Shown here in pieces: positions 1-13,881 of a DNA stretch of 64,000 bases (its first letter is position 1; each line of letters begins with the position of its first letter). The notes under the pieces were generated by a model. The model was not told the origin of the DNA. It searched no databases and saw only the letters and a list, made by a program, of their open reading frames with translations. Both the position numbers and the translations under genes were made by a program. This DNA is from Adineta vaga (Eukaryota > Animalia > Rotifera), in assembly GCA_021613535.1 (NCBI GenBank), contig CP075496.1, positions 868,001 to 932,000 of the forward strand, written 5' to 3'.

Positions 1-2052
1 GTCGTGCTCAAGCCTTTCGTAAGTAAGCTTTTCTTTCTTTTTTTTTGGCTTTTTTCTCCTCTGAATGTGAAGACATATACATGTCGAACAAGGACGATTG
101 TCACATAAATCAATTTCCGTTTTACACACACCCATTCATGTATGTATAAATCATGAGCGTAAACATAGTGAAATAATGGAAGTAGTTTGTACCTTAGTTT
201 TGAAAAGTATAAGAAGAGAAAAATGAAAACTTGCAAGAGAAGAAACAAGTACATTAATATGCCTAATGTTAAGTGTTAATGTAAGTATGTTCGTTCAGTA
301 AGAAAGAAAGAAAGCCTCTCAAACGTCTCATTTATCAATGATTTATTGACAAAAAAAAAACGAAGAAAAAAAATTTCTTTTCTGCTTTTTGAATAAATAA
401 ATAACTGTTTTGTCATTAGAAATTCTTCTGTCAAGATAAACAAGTCATTTATTAACTCGAGCATATTCAACATCGACTTTTTTTTCTTCTTTTCATGACA
501 AGAAGAAAACTTTCTTTCGGTTTTTTCTTCTTTTATTTCATAAGACGAGAAAAAAAACAACAAAAGGATTATTGAGAAGAATATTTTCTGTTTAAAACAT
601 TCTCATTTGAGAATAGTTCAATTGTCAAGAGATTGAGTTTACTGTCTTTCGAAAGATGAATATTACACCTGTGTGTAAGGAGATGATCTATGTTTGTCTA
701 ATAGATGATCCTTGTCGAGATTTTATTGACTTTAGCCCATTTATTCATTCGTTTCTTTTGCTTTTTTTCTTCTTCTCTTTAAACTGTCAAGTGTTCGTGT
801 GTACGTTCTCTCTTTCTTTCTTATCTCAAGGTGTAGAAATTCAGTGCCTGGAGCTTTTTACTCGTTTTTCTCTAACGAAATTTCTGTAAAGATTGATATT
901 TTTCATTTATTTATTTATAATTAAATCGTATGCATGCATGCATATAATTAAGTCAACAAATGAACGTGTGTCTCTAGAACATTATTATTATTGAAAAGAA
1001 AAATTAATATTATCATATAGACATTAATATCTTTTCTTTTTCTTTATTAAAAAAGAAAAAAAAAGGGCTTGTGAATAGAATTCTATTTTTATCTCTTCTC
1101 ATTTGACACGTTTTCAATCTTTTCTTTTTTCATAAATAACACAAAAAAAATGTATTTGTTACATAAAGAAAAAAAAGTCGTCCGACAAGAAAAAGATTCA
1201 TATTAACAATAATTCCATTTGCATAGGTAAAAAGAAACTAAATTAGAATGAATACAAGGTTAATATATTATCCTTTTTTTATCGGATTATTCTCGCTTAA
1301 ATAATTTTCTTCTTCTTCTTGAACAAAAAGAAATTCGTTTGATATTTTTATCTAATTTAATTTCTTTCTTTCTCTCATTTAGATATTATCGTATAACTAA
1401 AGAAAATCTAAAAAATATTTCATCAGGTTAAGTATTCAAATGAAAATGAGAAAGAAAAAAAAACGAGATTTTATTCACAAATCTAAATACTTGATTTCCT
1501 ACTTGACTTTATACGTAAAAGTACGCCATCTAGAAATCTGTCAAATAGTGGTATAATGAATGTATGTTTATTTGTGCTAGATGATATAAGATTGTTGTTA
1601 TTATTATTATTATTATTATATAGGAAAAAAAGAAACGCGAAGAAAAGATAATTAATGATGAAGTATAGATAGTTGACATCTGTTAGATTTGACACACTCA
1701 TTTCGAACTTTATTTATTTATTACCGAAAGAATCATGTTTTTTTTTCTTCTTCTCTTCTAGATGTTCTTTATATATTGATTGCTTTGTGTTGTTGTTGTT
1801 GTTTTTGTTGGTTTTTTTTTGTCCAATCGTTGACAAAAAAATCTAATCTGTGCATTCCATCCATCTACACAGAAGACAAACACACACATCGTTGTTTTAT
1901 TTATCAAATCCGGTGTTGCCCTTTGATTCTTTTTTCTTCTTCTTTTGTTTATTTCATTCATATTTGCAATATGATTATTTTCTTTAAACGTAAGTTCATT
2001 TTCAAATTATTTTTATGAAAAAAATTATATTTCTTTTATTTCTTTGTAAAGA

Positions 2053-5000
2053 ATGTTAACTCGTTCATCAGCAGCTTCACGTTCATCTCCACCGATAAAT
2101 CAAGAAATTGAAAAACGTCGACGATCAACAATAACAAATAATGATGAACAACAACAAAATGATAATTCATCATCTGCATTAGCAGCACAAGCGAAACCAT
2201 TGAAAAAACGTTGGTTAGCTCATCATAATGATGATCAAGAACAACAATTAAATCTTACAAATAGTCAAGGTAAATTTCTCATAGGAAATCAAAAGTAAAT
2301 TCATTATTTTCTTTTTTCTAGATAATTTATTATCAATAAATAATTTAATTCGTGAATATAATTTTCAAGATTGGCAAACGATAACAGTTCTTGTACGAAT
2401 AGGAAATAATGAATATATATCCGGTACAATCATTGATATTCCAAAAACTGCTTGTTTAACTGTTGTACCATCAATACAAGCGAATTCAACAATATATCCC
2501 AATCAAATTCAAATTAATTTGTTTGAAAATCTTTTCGGAATTTTGTCTGATAATGCACCACCAATACGAGAATTAATTCCTGGAAAACATGTTCTATGTC
2601 GTCGACAACAAAATTCACCCGTTTATCAACATGGAATTATTACTGAAAAAACCGATGATGCAAAATATAATATTTTATTTGAAAATCAACAAGAAAATCT
2701 CTGTGTACCAAGACAATCTATTCGATTGTTTCTACCGCCATGGCATGATGGTAGATTTTAAAGACAAAAAAATTCTTTTTCTTCAAAAGAAATTTTCATT
2801 TCTATTTAGAAATTCCTGTTGATTGGAATGCAGCACTTGATGCAATTGATTCATTCAAATCAAATCTTACATCTGATCTTAATCAACGACAAGGTTTGCT
2901 TTTTGTTTTCGAAATCTTTTCTTCATATTCATATTGAATATAATTTAGGTTTTTCCGGTGGAAGTTCATCACCACGTGAATCATCGGTTTCATCTAATGA
3001 TAGTTTACAATCAACAAATTTAAATGAATCTGTTCAAGTAACAACAAATGATTGTTTAATGAAAGAAAGTCCTTCAATAGGAAATTCAAATTCTTCATTA
3101 AATAATTTAACAGATGTTCCAACAACAATTTATAATCAAATACTTTATCGTAAAGGTGATGTTATGACATCAAGTCAATCACAAATACGAAAGAAATTCA
3201 ATGGTAAACAATGGCGTCGTCTTTGTTCAAAAGATGGTTGTCCAAAAGAATCTCAACGACGTGGTCTTTGTTCACGACATTTATCACAAAAAGGTAGACA
3301 AGAACATTGTGCTCAAACAACAGTTAGTTTTGATCGAATTCATTCTCAACCATCAATTCTTCCATTAACAACAACAAATTCATCAATACCATCACATGGT
3401 TATTATTCAGCACCACAATCACGAACAACAACGCCACTTCTATTTTCACAACAATCACCAAGATTTCTATTACAACCAAATTGTAAATAGAACAATTTTA
3501 TTTGATTTCTATTTCTATTTCTTTTCATTTTCTCTTTTCTAGCTTTTGACAATGATGATTTTCATTCCAATGGTTATTCATCAGGTCCACGTTCTACAAC
3601 ATCCGATATATTAAATAATGAATCTTCTCAAGGTTTAATCAATTCTATTCGAACAGTTAATTGGCCTGAACTATTACCTAAAATCACCATTGATATTGAT
3701 TCAAATCGTTTTCATTCAATTGCAACTGGTTAGATAATTCATTTTCTCATATTCAATTGAATATATATATATATATATTTCTATTTAGATGAAACAAAAG
3801 ATGATGAAAATAATAGTTCATACAATCCAGATGAAAATCCATTGAATGAAGATGAAACAAATTCTTCAAGTAAAAATGAAAATGATAATGAAAATACTTC
3901 ATATCATCCTGATGATTATCAAACATTAACACGTTCATCTTCATCATTAATATTGAAAGATAAACATGTTCGTCGTCCAATGAATTCATTTATGTTATTT
4001 TCTCAAGAACAACGTGCAAAAATTCATTTAGCTAATCCAAATCGTGATAATCGAAATGTTTCGAAAATTTTAGGTGAAAAATGGTATTCATTATCAGCAA
4101 TTGAACAGGAACAATATCGTATTCGTGCTAAACAATTAAGAAATGAACATTCAAAACAAAATCCATCATTTAAATGGACAAATCAAATAATAAAAGCAAA
4201 TTCTTCGTCGTCAACTATTTCAATACAAACTAAAGATGAAAATGAACAATGTAGAAGATCAGCTCGTTTACAATCACAATCAAATCAAGAGAAAAATACT
4301 TCACCACTTTGCGATCGATTACAAGCATTTGCTCAAGTATTTCAATGAAAATACCAAATTGTTTTTATTTTTCTTTTAATTATTTATTTATTTTAAATAG
4401 ATTTGTACAAATATGCCGAAATTAACTGAAGAATCAACACAAAGATTTTCTCCAATAACAAAACCATCTTCAGATAATATATCAACATTAACAAATCTAA
4501 TTACACCTGTTCCAATTCATGGAAATTCATCTCCGACAACACCAATAACAACAAATATGAATTCAAATCATGGTAAATGAATTATTTGTAGAAATATTTT
4601 CTTTTCATTTGAATTCATTTAGAAATGGATGTTTGTTCCAATGGTTTACTTCAATTTCGTAATACAGCGTTTCGTCTTCATCCATCGTATTGTTCAAATG
4701 AAACTGAATTGAAAAGTAATTCATTATCAAATTCACCTCATTTAAAAGTAGAAAATTCTTCGTCAACAATCTTATCTGAAAATGAAACATGTCGTACAAT
4801 TGTTTCTATGTTACTTAATCAACGTAAAACAAATCTTAGTCTTGAACAACAACTTAAACATTTGAAATCATCAACAAATCATTCAAATAAAGCATCAACA
4901 TCTCAATCACCAATTGATTCGAACAGTAATCAAGAACGATCATCAACTATCAAATGTTCTTCTCTCGATGAACAACAACGAAATTTTACTTTTCAAAATT

Positions 5001-6066
5001 CTCTTCATACACATTCATCACTGAGTAATTCATTTTTTTTTTAACTTAAAGATCAATTTTAATTTCTCTTTCTTTAGCTTCATCATCAAGTAATTCAACT
5101 GGTTATTCAAGTGGTTCATCATCTTCTACATCATCACTTGATAGTAGTAGTACAATTTTATCCGCATATAGTTCACGTTCAAATAGTTCATTATCCGAAC
5201 GAAGTAAAACATCACCAACACCATTAAAACAAATATCAATTCAATATTTACCTACAATAAATGAATCAAATCGTCATTTACCAATAACAACTGATGATGA
5301 AGTGACACAATTAACATCATTCAATGAAATTCAATATCAAAATAGTCTTCTACCAAAACAATCACCAATACCAACAACATCTGAACAATTCGATACAGAT
5401 TCGAATAGAACATTAACAAAACGAAGAAAAACTATTACATTAGAGGTTTGTTTCAATTTCATCATTGTACATTCATTATGTTGATATTTTAGTGTGTTCA
5501 ACGTCCAACAACTCGATCTCGAAGTATAAGTGAACGTGGTGGAACAACAAGTTGTAGTAGTAGTGATTTATCTCCCATTGTAACACGTAAACGAAAAGCA
5601 TCGATCAATAGTGAACAAAATGAAAGTGAAATCAAACGTACAGCTATTGATTATATCAAATATTTAGATGGTAAAGAAACATTAAAAGAATCAATTTTTT
5701 GTTTATGAAATAAAGTTTAGACATGAAAAATCATTATATAAAAACAAATTCAACTCGTCAAACAAGTTCATCAACATATTTGAATAATCAAACATTGAAT
5801 AAAAATCAATTGACATCAAGAATAAAAGTGATTGAATTTTTAAAAGATCAACTTTATCCTACCGGTGAGATTTGTTTTGATTTCGAAATATCTATTGAAT
5901 ACTTTTTGTTAAAAAAGATATATCAATATCATCATTTCAAATTGTTAATCAAGAATTATTTCCAACAAAACGTTTATTAAATCAACGTATTCGAGAAATT
6001 CGACAAAAACTGATGAGTAATGTTAATCAACAACAATTAATTCGTGAAACATCATCATCATTATAA
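2053..6066 (+). CDS. CIC: Protein capicua homolog (long-isoform type; HMG-box transcriptional repressor), multi-exon
   Basis: HMG box [40 protein letters not shown] (3842-4348 ORF). CIC-L N-terminal motif [39 protein letters not shown]1 domain [15 protein letters not shown]/..[20 protein letters not shown] split by an intron near 5865-5917. Stop TAA at 6064-6066. Confidence 0.93.
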
Positions 6067-6775
6067 ACAATCCTTTTTCTTTTCTTTTTCTTTCTTTTAT
6101 TTGTTTATTCGATGTTGTGCCATACGTATGTCGTGGTAGTCTTAGCCTCTCATCGTTCACCCACCGGAATGACGTGTCCGTTCGCCTCTTCTCTCTTTCT
6201 AGTCCGTATTCACTCTCTCTCTCTTTTAGACAAAAACATAAACTTTGCCTGTCTCTCTCTCTTTCTTCATTAGGTATAATTTCTTGTTTGTTTGTTTTTT
6301 TTCTTCATTCAATTGCCATCATTCATTATCTTAGACTCGTTTTTCCACGTGTCTCTAAAAGTAATCCGTCAACAAATAATGATTTTCTTCTCTTATTTGT
6401 TTTCTGTATTTTTTCTCTCGTTTGTTTTTTTTTCTTTTTCTTGTTGATGAAAGGTCTCTATTCTACAGTATGTGTGCGAGATGTCAGATGAAGGTTTTCA
6501 TAAACTTTGTTATTAAAAAAAAGAGAGAGAAAATAAAGAAAGATTTAAGAGAAAGATTTATTTGTTGTTTTCTTTTTTGTCTTTGTCACTTTTCTTCTTC
6601 TTCTTCGCGTCTCGTCTTTTGTTTATGTAACGCGTTTTGTGTCTTCTATCGTTTTCTTCTTTTTTTTCTTCATTCATTACATTGGATAACAGAGAAGAGA
6701 AAAAGAAAAAATATATTCAAAGTAAAAATAAAAACCAAACTAAACGATCCTTTACTGTAGATGTTTGAGAAACAG

Positions 6776-9126
6776 ATGAGAAATTTTTCATCTGTATTGA
6801 AATATTTTCTATTGATTCGATTGTTCAGTGCATTTTTCAATCCAATTGATGATTGTGATGAAGTTTTCAATTTTTATGAACCTGTAAGTGTAATGAAATG
6901 AATTTTCTCTCAACAAATATCAACTACATTTCAGTTACATAAATTAATGTATGGAAATGGACTTCAAACATGGGAATATTCCCCATTATTTGCTTTACGT
7001 TCTTATGCATATCTTGTTATTCATTGGATACCGATTTCTTTCATTCCGAGTACTTGGAAAGTGAGAAACAGTTTTTTTTTGAGAATTATTATTCTAGTTT
7101 ATTCAATATGATTTAGATCGCTGCATTCTATACTCTTCGAATTTGTCTTGCAATGATTTGCGCAATATGTGAAGCGTTCTTTTTTCGGTTTGTATTTCAC
7201 ATACGAAAAGAATTATGATTTGTATGGGTTTTTTTTCTTCAGTGCAATTGATAAACAATTGAATAATTCAATTGCTCGTAATTATGCTCTATTATCAATT
7301 TTCAGTGTGGCTTTATTTCGAAGTAGTAGTGCTTTTATTAACAATTCATTTTCTATGTATACGCTTCTATTTGCATATACATGTTGGTTTTCCAATGTTC
7401 TACCCGTTTGTTGTCTCGTTTGAATCTTTTTTTATTCGAAAGAAAGTCTTTGTTTAGTTAGCGGTATTCTTTATTGCTTTTGGTTCATTATGTGGTTGGA
7501 TTTATGTTGCTGTACTTGGGTGAGAAAATGTAGATTCTTCGATGTTTAATGAAGAAGATTTTTTTGTTGAATTTAGTGTACCGATTGCAATTGATATTTT
7601 ATTTCGCCGTCAACGTTATTGGGATTTTATTAAATGGAGTTTTATATCAGGAATGATCACATTGGTAAATAAATGAAAAATCAAAGTTCATTTCTTATTT
7701 CTTTTTGTTATTGAAGATTCCATTAACATTGATTGATTCATATTATTATGGACAATTAGTTATTGCACCATTGAATCATATTCGTTATAATATTTTTTCA
7801 AAACATGGTCCAACTCTTTACGGTAAACAAATAAGAATAATCAATTGTTTTGAGAAAAATCTTTTTCTTTTTCTTTTCATTACAAAAAAAGGTACTGAAC
7901 CATGGATTTATTATATAACAAATGGTTTACTGAACTTTAACATTGTTTATCCATTAGCAATCATTGGAATTCTTTTAACAGTAGGATACTGGTTTATATT
8001 TTGATGAATTTAAGTTTCATTCTTTAGCCATTAATTGATATTTTTCTTGATCGTCGTTATCTTCAATCTGGTAAAGCATCGATTCCATATTCATTAATCG
8101 TATCTTCAATTGTTCTTTGGATGAGTTTATTATGGATGCAACCACATAAAGTAAGGAAAATATTTCTTTAAAATTAAAATTCGTTGTTATTTTAAAAAGG
8201 AAGATCGATTTGTATTTCCAATTTATCCATTAATTATTCTTGCGGCATCAATTTGTCTTGAACAATTCGAAGTAATGAATCGAGGAATAAAGATAAAATT
8301 CATTTCTATTTGATTCGTTTTTAGAATTTTATTCCACGTCTTGTTCGTTTAATAAGATTAAATCGTAATTCGGTATTATTTGTCCGTTCATTATTTATTT
8401 ATTCCATCATTATCATTCATGGTTTATTATCAATATCACGAACAATTGCAATCATTGATGGATATTCAGCACCTATTCGTCTTTTAACACATTCAAATTC
8501 CACAAAAGCATTTCAAGAAGAAGCAAATAAACATTTGAATATTTGTATTGGAAAAGATTGGTATCGATTTTCGTCACATTATTTATTACCACAAAAGTAT
8601 TCGATGATTTTGAAATCATGTCTTTTTTTTCTTCAAATCTTTGAAAAATCTATTTTAGTTCGGAATTATCATTTCTTCGTTCAGAATTTCGTGGTCAATT
8701 ACCAAAAGCATATAGTCAGGAGAAAAATGCTACTCGATTAAAAGAAAAGCATTTTAATGATGCAAATAAAGAACAAATTGATCGATATGTATGATTTTTA
8801 CTTTCTTAAATAATGATAAACTATTTCTTTCATGTTGATAGATTGATTTAAATGAATGTGATTATATTATTGATCATGATAGTGATCATCCCAGTGAACT
8901 TGAACCAAATTATAGTAAACAATCAGAAATTATAACATCAATGAAAATGATTTTACCATCAAAGTAAATAGAAATACGTTTTTAAATAATTAAATTTCAT
9001 TGTTTTGTTTTTAGGGGATCAATATTTCGATCGTTTTATGTTCCGTTGTTAAGTGTTCGATCGAATCGATACACATTTTTACATTTGTTAAAGTATAAGA
9101 AACTTGTTAATGTTTCCAATAAATAA
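6776..9126 (+). CDS. ALG9: Alpha-1,2-mannosyltransferase ALG9 (GT22), multi-exon
   Basis: Spliced motifs IDDCDEVFNFYEP, GLQTWEYSPLFALRSY, YGTEPWIYY..NGLLNFN, QPHKEDRFVFPIYP, ICIGKDWYRFSSHY, FLRSEFRGQLP, FRSFYVP. Stop TAA at 9124-9126. Confidence 0.92.
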
Positions 9127-9306
9127 AGAGAATAAATATAGAGGAAAAAAACAAAATTTGTTAATGAATGAGAAGTGCTACGGAGGGTTTTTAAATAGAA
9201 TAGTTCATTTGGAACTTTGTGTTTCAAGTTTAAAACTACTGAAAAATACATTTCATCGATGATCTTCAACAGAAAGGAAAGAAAAAAATGTGCATCAAAA
9301 AATAAA

Positions 9307-9379
9307 CGACCCTGGCAGGAGTCGAACCTGCAATCTCCCGATTCGAAGTCGGACGCCTTAACCATTAGGCCACAAGGCC
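9307..9379 (-). tRNA. tRNA-Arg(UCG), copy 1
   Basis: 73-nt cloverleaf GGCCTTGTGGCCTAATGGTTAAGGCGTCCGACTTCGAATCGGGAGATTGCAGGTTCGACTCCTGCCAGGGTCG; anticodon loop CT-TCG-AA; followed by an oligo-T Pol III terminator. Confidence 0.96.
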
Positions 9380-9829
9380 GGTGTTAACTAACTGTTGTAT
9401 TACCAACCTATTCTGTGCAGATTGAACGATCACGAATATTTGCTAAAATCAAATTTCTATATGATCGTTTATTTCATTCGAAAAACATTCATCTAATCTG
9501 AGATTTATAATTCGCTTTCTTTGAAAGTCTCCGTTCATCATAGCTAATACATACACTCATCTGAGAGAAAGATATTTGATTAAAAGTAAGGATAAAAACT
9601 AATAAAATTATTTTGTTGCAAAACTTCGAGTAAAACATTTTTGTTATATCTTTTTTTTCGACAATTAAATTCAGAATATATATATCTTATCTTCATTCGT
9701 GTGTCCACAGAGATGCAATCACATAAAATACCTAAAAAAACAATTCTTTGAAAGGAGAATTATTTGTTATTTTTGAGGAAAATCGATTTGTGCTTCTCAA
9801 TCAAAAAATAGATTTTGTCAAAAAATAAA

Positions 9830-9902
9830 CGACCCTGGCAGGAGTCGAACCTGCAATCTCCCGATTCGAAGTCGGACGCCTTAACCATTAGGCCACAAGG
9901 CC
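9830..9902 (-). tRNA. tRNA-Arg(UCG), copy 2
   Basis: Identical 73-nt sequence with oligo-T terminator. Confidence 0.96.
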
Positions 9903-10513
9903 GACATATATGAACCTTAGTGTTACCTACCTGTTTCAGGTAGATTGTAAGATCACGAATATGTTCTAAAATCAAATTTCTATACGATCGTTTATTTCAT
10001 CCGAAAAACATTCATCTAATCTAAGATTGGTTGTTCGTTCCTATCACAAACCTCCGTTCACCATGGTCAATTTTTATCTTCTCTCATCATAGCTCATGCA
10101 TATTCTACACTCATGAATATTTGAAGCCGTATATAATCACCCTCAACTATTGAGAAATAAATTTTATTTTCTCTTGCTTTGAGAACCGTCTTAGAATTGA
10201 AGATTATTAGGCCGAGTTTTTACAAACTCGTGGATCCTAATGACACTTATAAATGATTATTTTGTTAGATTCAATATATATGAGAAATTTTCCGGTGAAT
10301 TCTGACAAATAATCGCATCCATATCGTCACAATAAGGATTTTATGACAGGTATAATATAACATTTGATGATACTGAATACAAGTTTTTCATTAAAAACAG
10401 ATGACTTTTAATGATTTATATTCTCATCTTACATATGAAAAATATTCTCCTGTGCTATTCGAATATGTTCACTATCTATTCATTGCATTTCTGTTTGTTC
10501 AATATCTTACACC

Positions 10514-10586
10514 GGCCTTGTGGCCTAATGGTTAAGGCGTCCGACTTCGAATCGGGAGATTGCAGGTTCGACTCCTGCCAGGGTCG
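10514..10586 (+). tRNA. tRNA-Arg(UCG), copy 3
   Basis: Identical 73-nt sequence followed by TTTATTTTTT. Confidence 0.96.
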
Positions 10587-11880
10587 TTTATTTTTTCTTT
10601 CTCACTGTCTCGTTAACCTACTGTAGAATTGTAAGTAGCAAAAGGCAGCTGATGTGAGAATAAAATAGATTTATTTTTCTTACTCATTCTTGTTTTTTTT
10701 AAATTATATTCGTCAGACTCTTATTGTCAATATAGTATCTTGTATGGTGTCATCTTTAATTATATTCGAATACGATCTAAGATGTAAAAAATATTTGTTG
10801 TATTACAAATGAAACAATACATGGTAAAAGACTCTCAGTCAACGGACGATTCTATAGCAGTTTGAGTTGCAATGGGTTGACTCGTAAAATCATGTAGCAT
10901 TTTCTATCGTGACTATATGCATCAGATAATTGACTAAGAAATTCCGAACTAAAAAAAGTCAGATTATTTTCAATTTTATACGAAAATATGTTGATTTAAT
11001 TTTAGAAAACATTATTTTCTAAATAAAGCATTCTTTTCCGATTTTTATGCTGAAGAATCTGATACGAGAGCGATCAGTTCCCTATGATATTTCTTAGATT
11101 TCATGGAAATAGGATTCTGAATCAGAAACAATGCTTTTCGCGAGAGTCCCGATAACTATCGCGCATATTATGAGAAAATGAATTCGAGAGCAGCTGAACT
11201 AACGTTATAATTTGTGATAAATAAAAAGAAGATATTTTTTGAATCAAAATAACTTCAGTTCATGGTTTACGCTTTGAAATCATAAGCGGGAAATGTTTAT
11301 TTTTGAATGAATTAATATCGTTTACGATTAAAGCAAAATGGAGAGTCAAATACATCATGATGAAGGAAAAAAATTTAAGATATTAGTCGAACCGTTACTA
11401 CGGGATCTTGCAGAGAAAGCCGAAATATTCAATAGCTTTACAAATCAGTTTATTTTTTTGTTTTATGTTTTCCTTCTGCTTATCTCAGTATAATAAATTA
11501 TTCTTTCTCTGAAAATATAAGATGTAATTAAAATGTAAAATAAAAAGATACTGTCTTTAAATGTGTTCTTTTCCCAGCAGCTGCCCAATTTTTACATTGA
11601 ATGCAAGTAACAATTTTAGAAAAATCCCGACAGACATTACATTTAATAGATAAGTATTCAGTGTTTATAACCGAAAAAAATAAAATTCTTAAGCAGAGAC
11701 ATGTATGCGTATTATTTCTATCAATTCCTATTCCTGTAAGGAAAATATTCACCGTGAAGTATAATCGCCTATAAATAAAAGAATACGTATTCTTGAATTT
11801 GAATTAGGTAGTTTATCAATGTGAAGGAATATAACATTGAATGTATTCACTTGATTCTTCTACAACGTATAGTATACACC

Positions 11881-11953
11881 GGCCTTGTGGCCTAATGGTT
11901 AAGGCGTCCGACTTCGAATCGGGAGATTGCAGGTTCGACTCCTGCCAGGGTCG
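11881..11953 (+). tRNA. tRNA-Arg(UCG), copy 4
   Basis: Identical 73-nt sequence followed by TTTATTTTTT. Confidence 0.96.
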
Positions 11954-12053
11954 TTTATTTTTTGATGCACATTTTTTTCTTTCCTTTCTGTTGAAGATCA
12001 TCGATGAAATGTGTTTTTTTATGATGAATTAAAAGAAAGGAAAATTGTTTCAG

Positions 12054-12223
12054 ATGACTTATCAGCTTTTGTCGAATTTCTCGAATATGTTGATTTAATA
12101 AACGTTTCGTTTGGAAATAATTTTTGATTAACAATTTGAAATGATGATATTGATGTATCTTTTTAGCAAAAAGTATTCAATAGATATTTCGAAATCAAAA
12201 CAAATCTCACCGGTAGAATAAAG
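12054..12223 (-). pseudogene. Inverted, decayed copy of the CIC last intron and C1-domain exon
   Basis: Reverse complement aligns to 5852-6021 with about 9 substitutions and 2 one-base indels by hand count; includes the intron. Confidence 0.9.
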
Positions 12224-13158
12224 ATAAATGAATTGGATCTCGTTGTTAAAAAGAATAATGAATAACTTAATTTACTACCTGTTTAATCAGCTGATAATAG
12301 AGTAAGATTAAGTAAAGAGCCTAATAAAGATACCGTTTTGATCGATCTGACTTGCTCTTCACGATAATCATTCGCGTTTAGCCGTGTATAGACAAGAAGA
12401 TTTCTACTATGCTGAAGGAAAAAACATACTAGTTCATGAATTTTTATATCCTGATCTTTGATATTACTATTATAGGTTATTCGTAAGAAAAATTGCATAT
12501 AGATTTAGTATCATTTTTAGTAATATTGTTATAGAATGAAAATAAAAGAACAAGATATTTGAAATTCGATTTACATCAATAATATAGAAAATACTAGCAT
12601 TATGTATACAGACCATAGGAATTTCATTAACTAAGAAGTTCCAATCTAATAAGATGAATTTTGTAATAAATGTATCTCTTGTCATGACTTAATTCTTCTT
12701 TTTTCTCAATCTTATCAAATTGTTCTTCGTTTGATGTTCTTTATATAAAGTTGATTGTGGTTTTTCTCGAAAAAACTAGTTAATTCTTATCCTCTAATGA
12801 CCTGTCTGATCAACTGTCTTGTTATTCACCAACGTCATGTTTGTTTACTTACAATACCTCGACATACATGACCGGGAGTGTTTCTGAAAGTGCCATACGA
12901 TTTGTAGAATGCTGAAAATAATGACGTGAATAAAATAAGAATACGATATTGATTTCGATTTTTACTCGAACAATAAAATAGTGCTTCATTATTGTTCTTC
13001 TATATTTTACTTCTAGCTTATCCATATATTTCTCTACATTATTTCTTTTCTTTTTTTTTCTAATAACAAAATATTCAATACGAAACTTAACAGACGAATT
13101 TTATTTTTCAATTCTTGCGTTTTTAAGGCACTTGAAATCTGAGAACAATATTGAGAAA

Positions 13159-13881
13159 TTATATTAAACGAAGAACAGATTTAGTTAATGGACAAAATTG
13201 ATTCGAATTTGTTTGTTGTTTAATTATATTTTCCATTTGTTCCATTAATAATTGATAACGAAGATATTGAAAAACTAATATTTCTATTGATTTAATTGCT
13301 TCTTTTTCCTCACAAAGTGTATTTAAATATTTCCATAATAATTCAATATAGAAATTTTGATGTTTTATTATTAAATTTGAATCGAATAATCTATATGATA
13401 ATTGTCTCAAAGGTAATCTTGATAAATTAATTGTAAACATAAAAGATACAAGTGCTAGTTTCAATATTGCTGGATTTTGTATAAAATAATCATAAGAATG
13501 ACGTACTTTGGACATTTGATGATGAAAATCTGAACTAATCCATTTACTCATATATAAACCAATTTTTGGATTTTCAATAAAATTATCTCGTAATATATGA
13601 TGAATATGAATTAAATGAGTGAGATTACATTTGATTAATAGAATTTTATCTTCAAGTTTTATTTCTTGAAATTCTTCGATTTGTTTATAGAATTTTATTA
13701 AACTTTGATAGATTTCTTGTTCATCGTTTAAAAAATCTGTTAATTTTGTTTCAGATAATGAATAATTATTTAAACGAGTTTTATCATAATTTATATTCGA
13801 ATTATCATATATTTTTGTAATTCGATTAATCAATAGCCATTCATTTGTTGTTAAATATAAAGAAGAATTCGTTGTATTCAT
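13159..13881 (-). CDS. Nuclear receptor, ligand-binding domain only (NR1I/NR1J-like)
   Basis: LBD signature LIKFYKQIEEFQEIKLEDKILLIK (F..L...DQ..LL-type), helix 9-10 region QNFYIELLWKYL and AF-2-like end PLTKSVL; no C4 zinc fingers seen. Confidence 0.8.
   Translation of the reverse strand: MNTTNSSLYLTTNEWLLINRITKIYDNSNINYDKTRLNNYSLSETKLTDFLNDEQEIYQSLIKFYKQIEEFQEIKLEDKILLIKCNLTHLIHIHHILRDNFIENPKIGLYMSKWISSDFHHQMSKVRHSYDYFIQNPAILKLALVSFMFTINLSRLPLRQLSYRLFDSNLIIKHQNFYIELLWKYLNTLCEEKEAIKSIEILVFQYLRYQLLMEQMENIIKQQTNSNQFCPLTKSVLRLI

Noticed and set aside
276-2018. Short Phe/Lys-rich ORFs upstream of CIC, and similar ones at 6117-6870, 55548-57440 and elsewhere
   Set aside because: Translations of poly-T/poly-A low-complexity UTR or intron DNA; no domain signal.
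9036-12032. Repeated ORFs containing MVKASDFESGDCRFDSCQGR
   Set aside because: These are translations of the tRNA-Arg genes, not a protein repeat or a CRISPR array.
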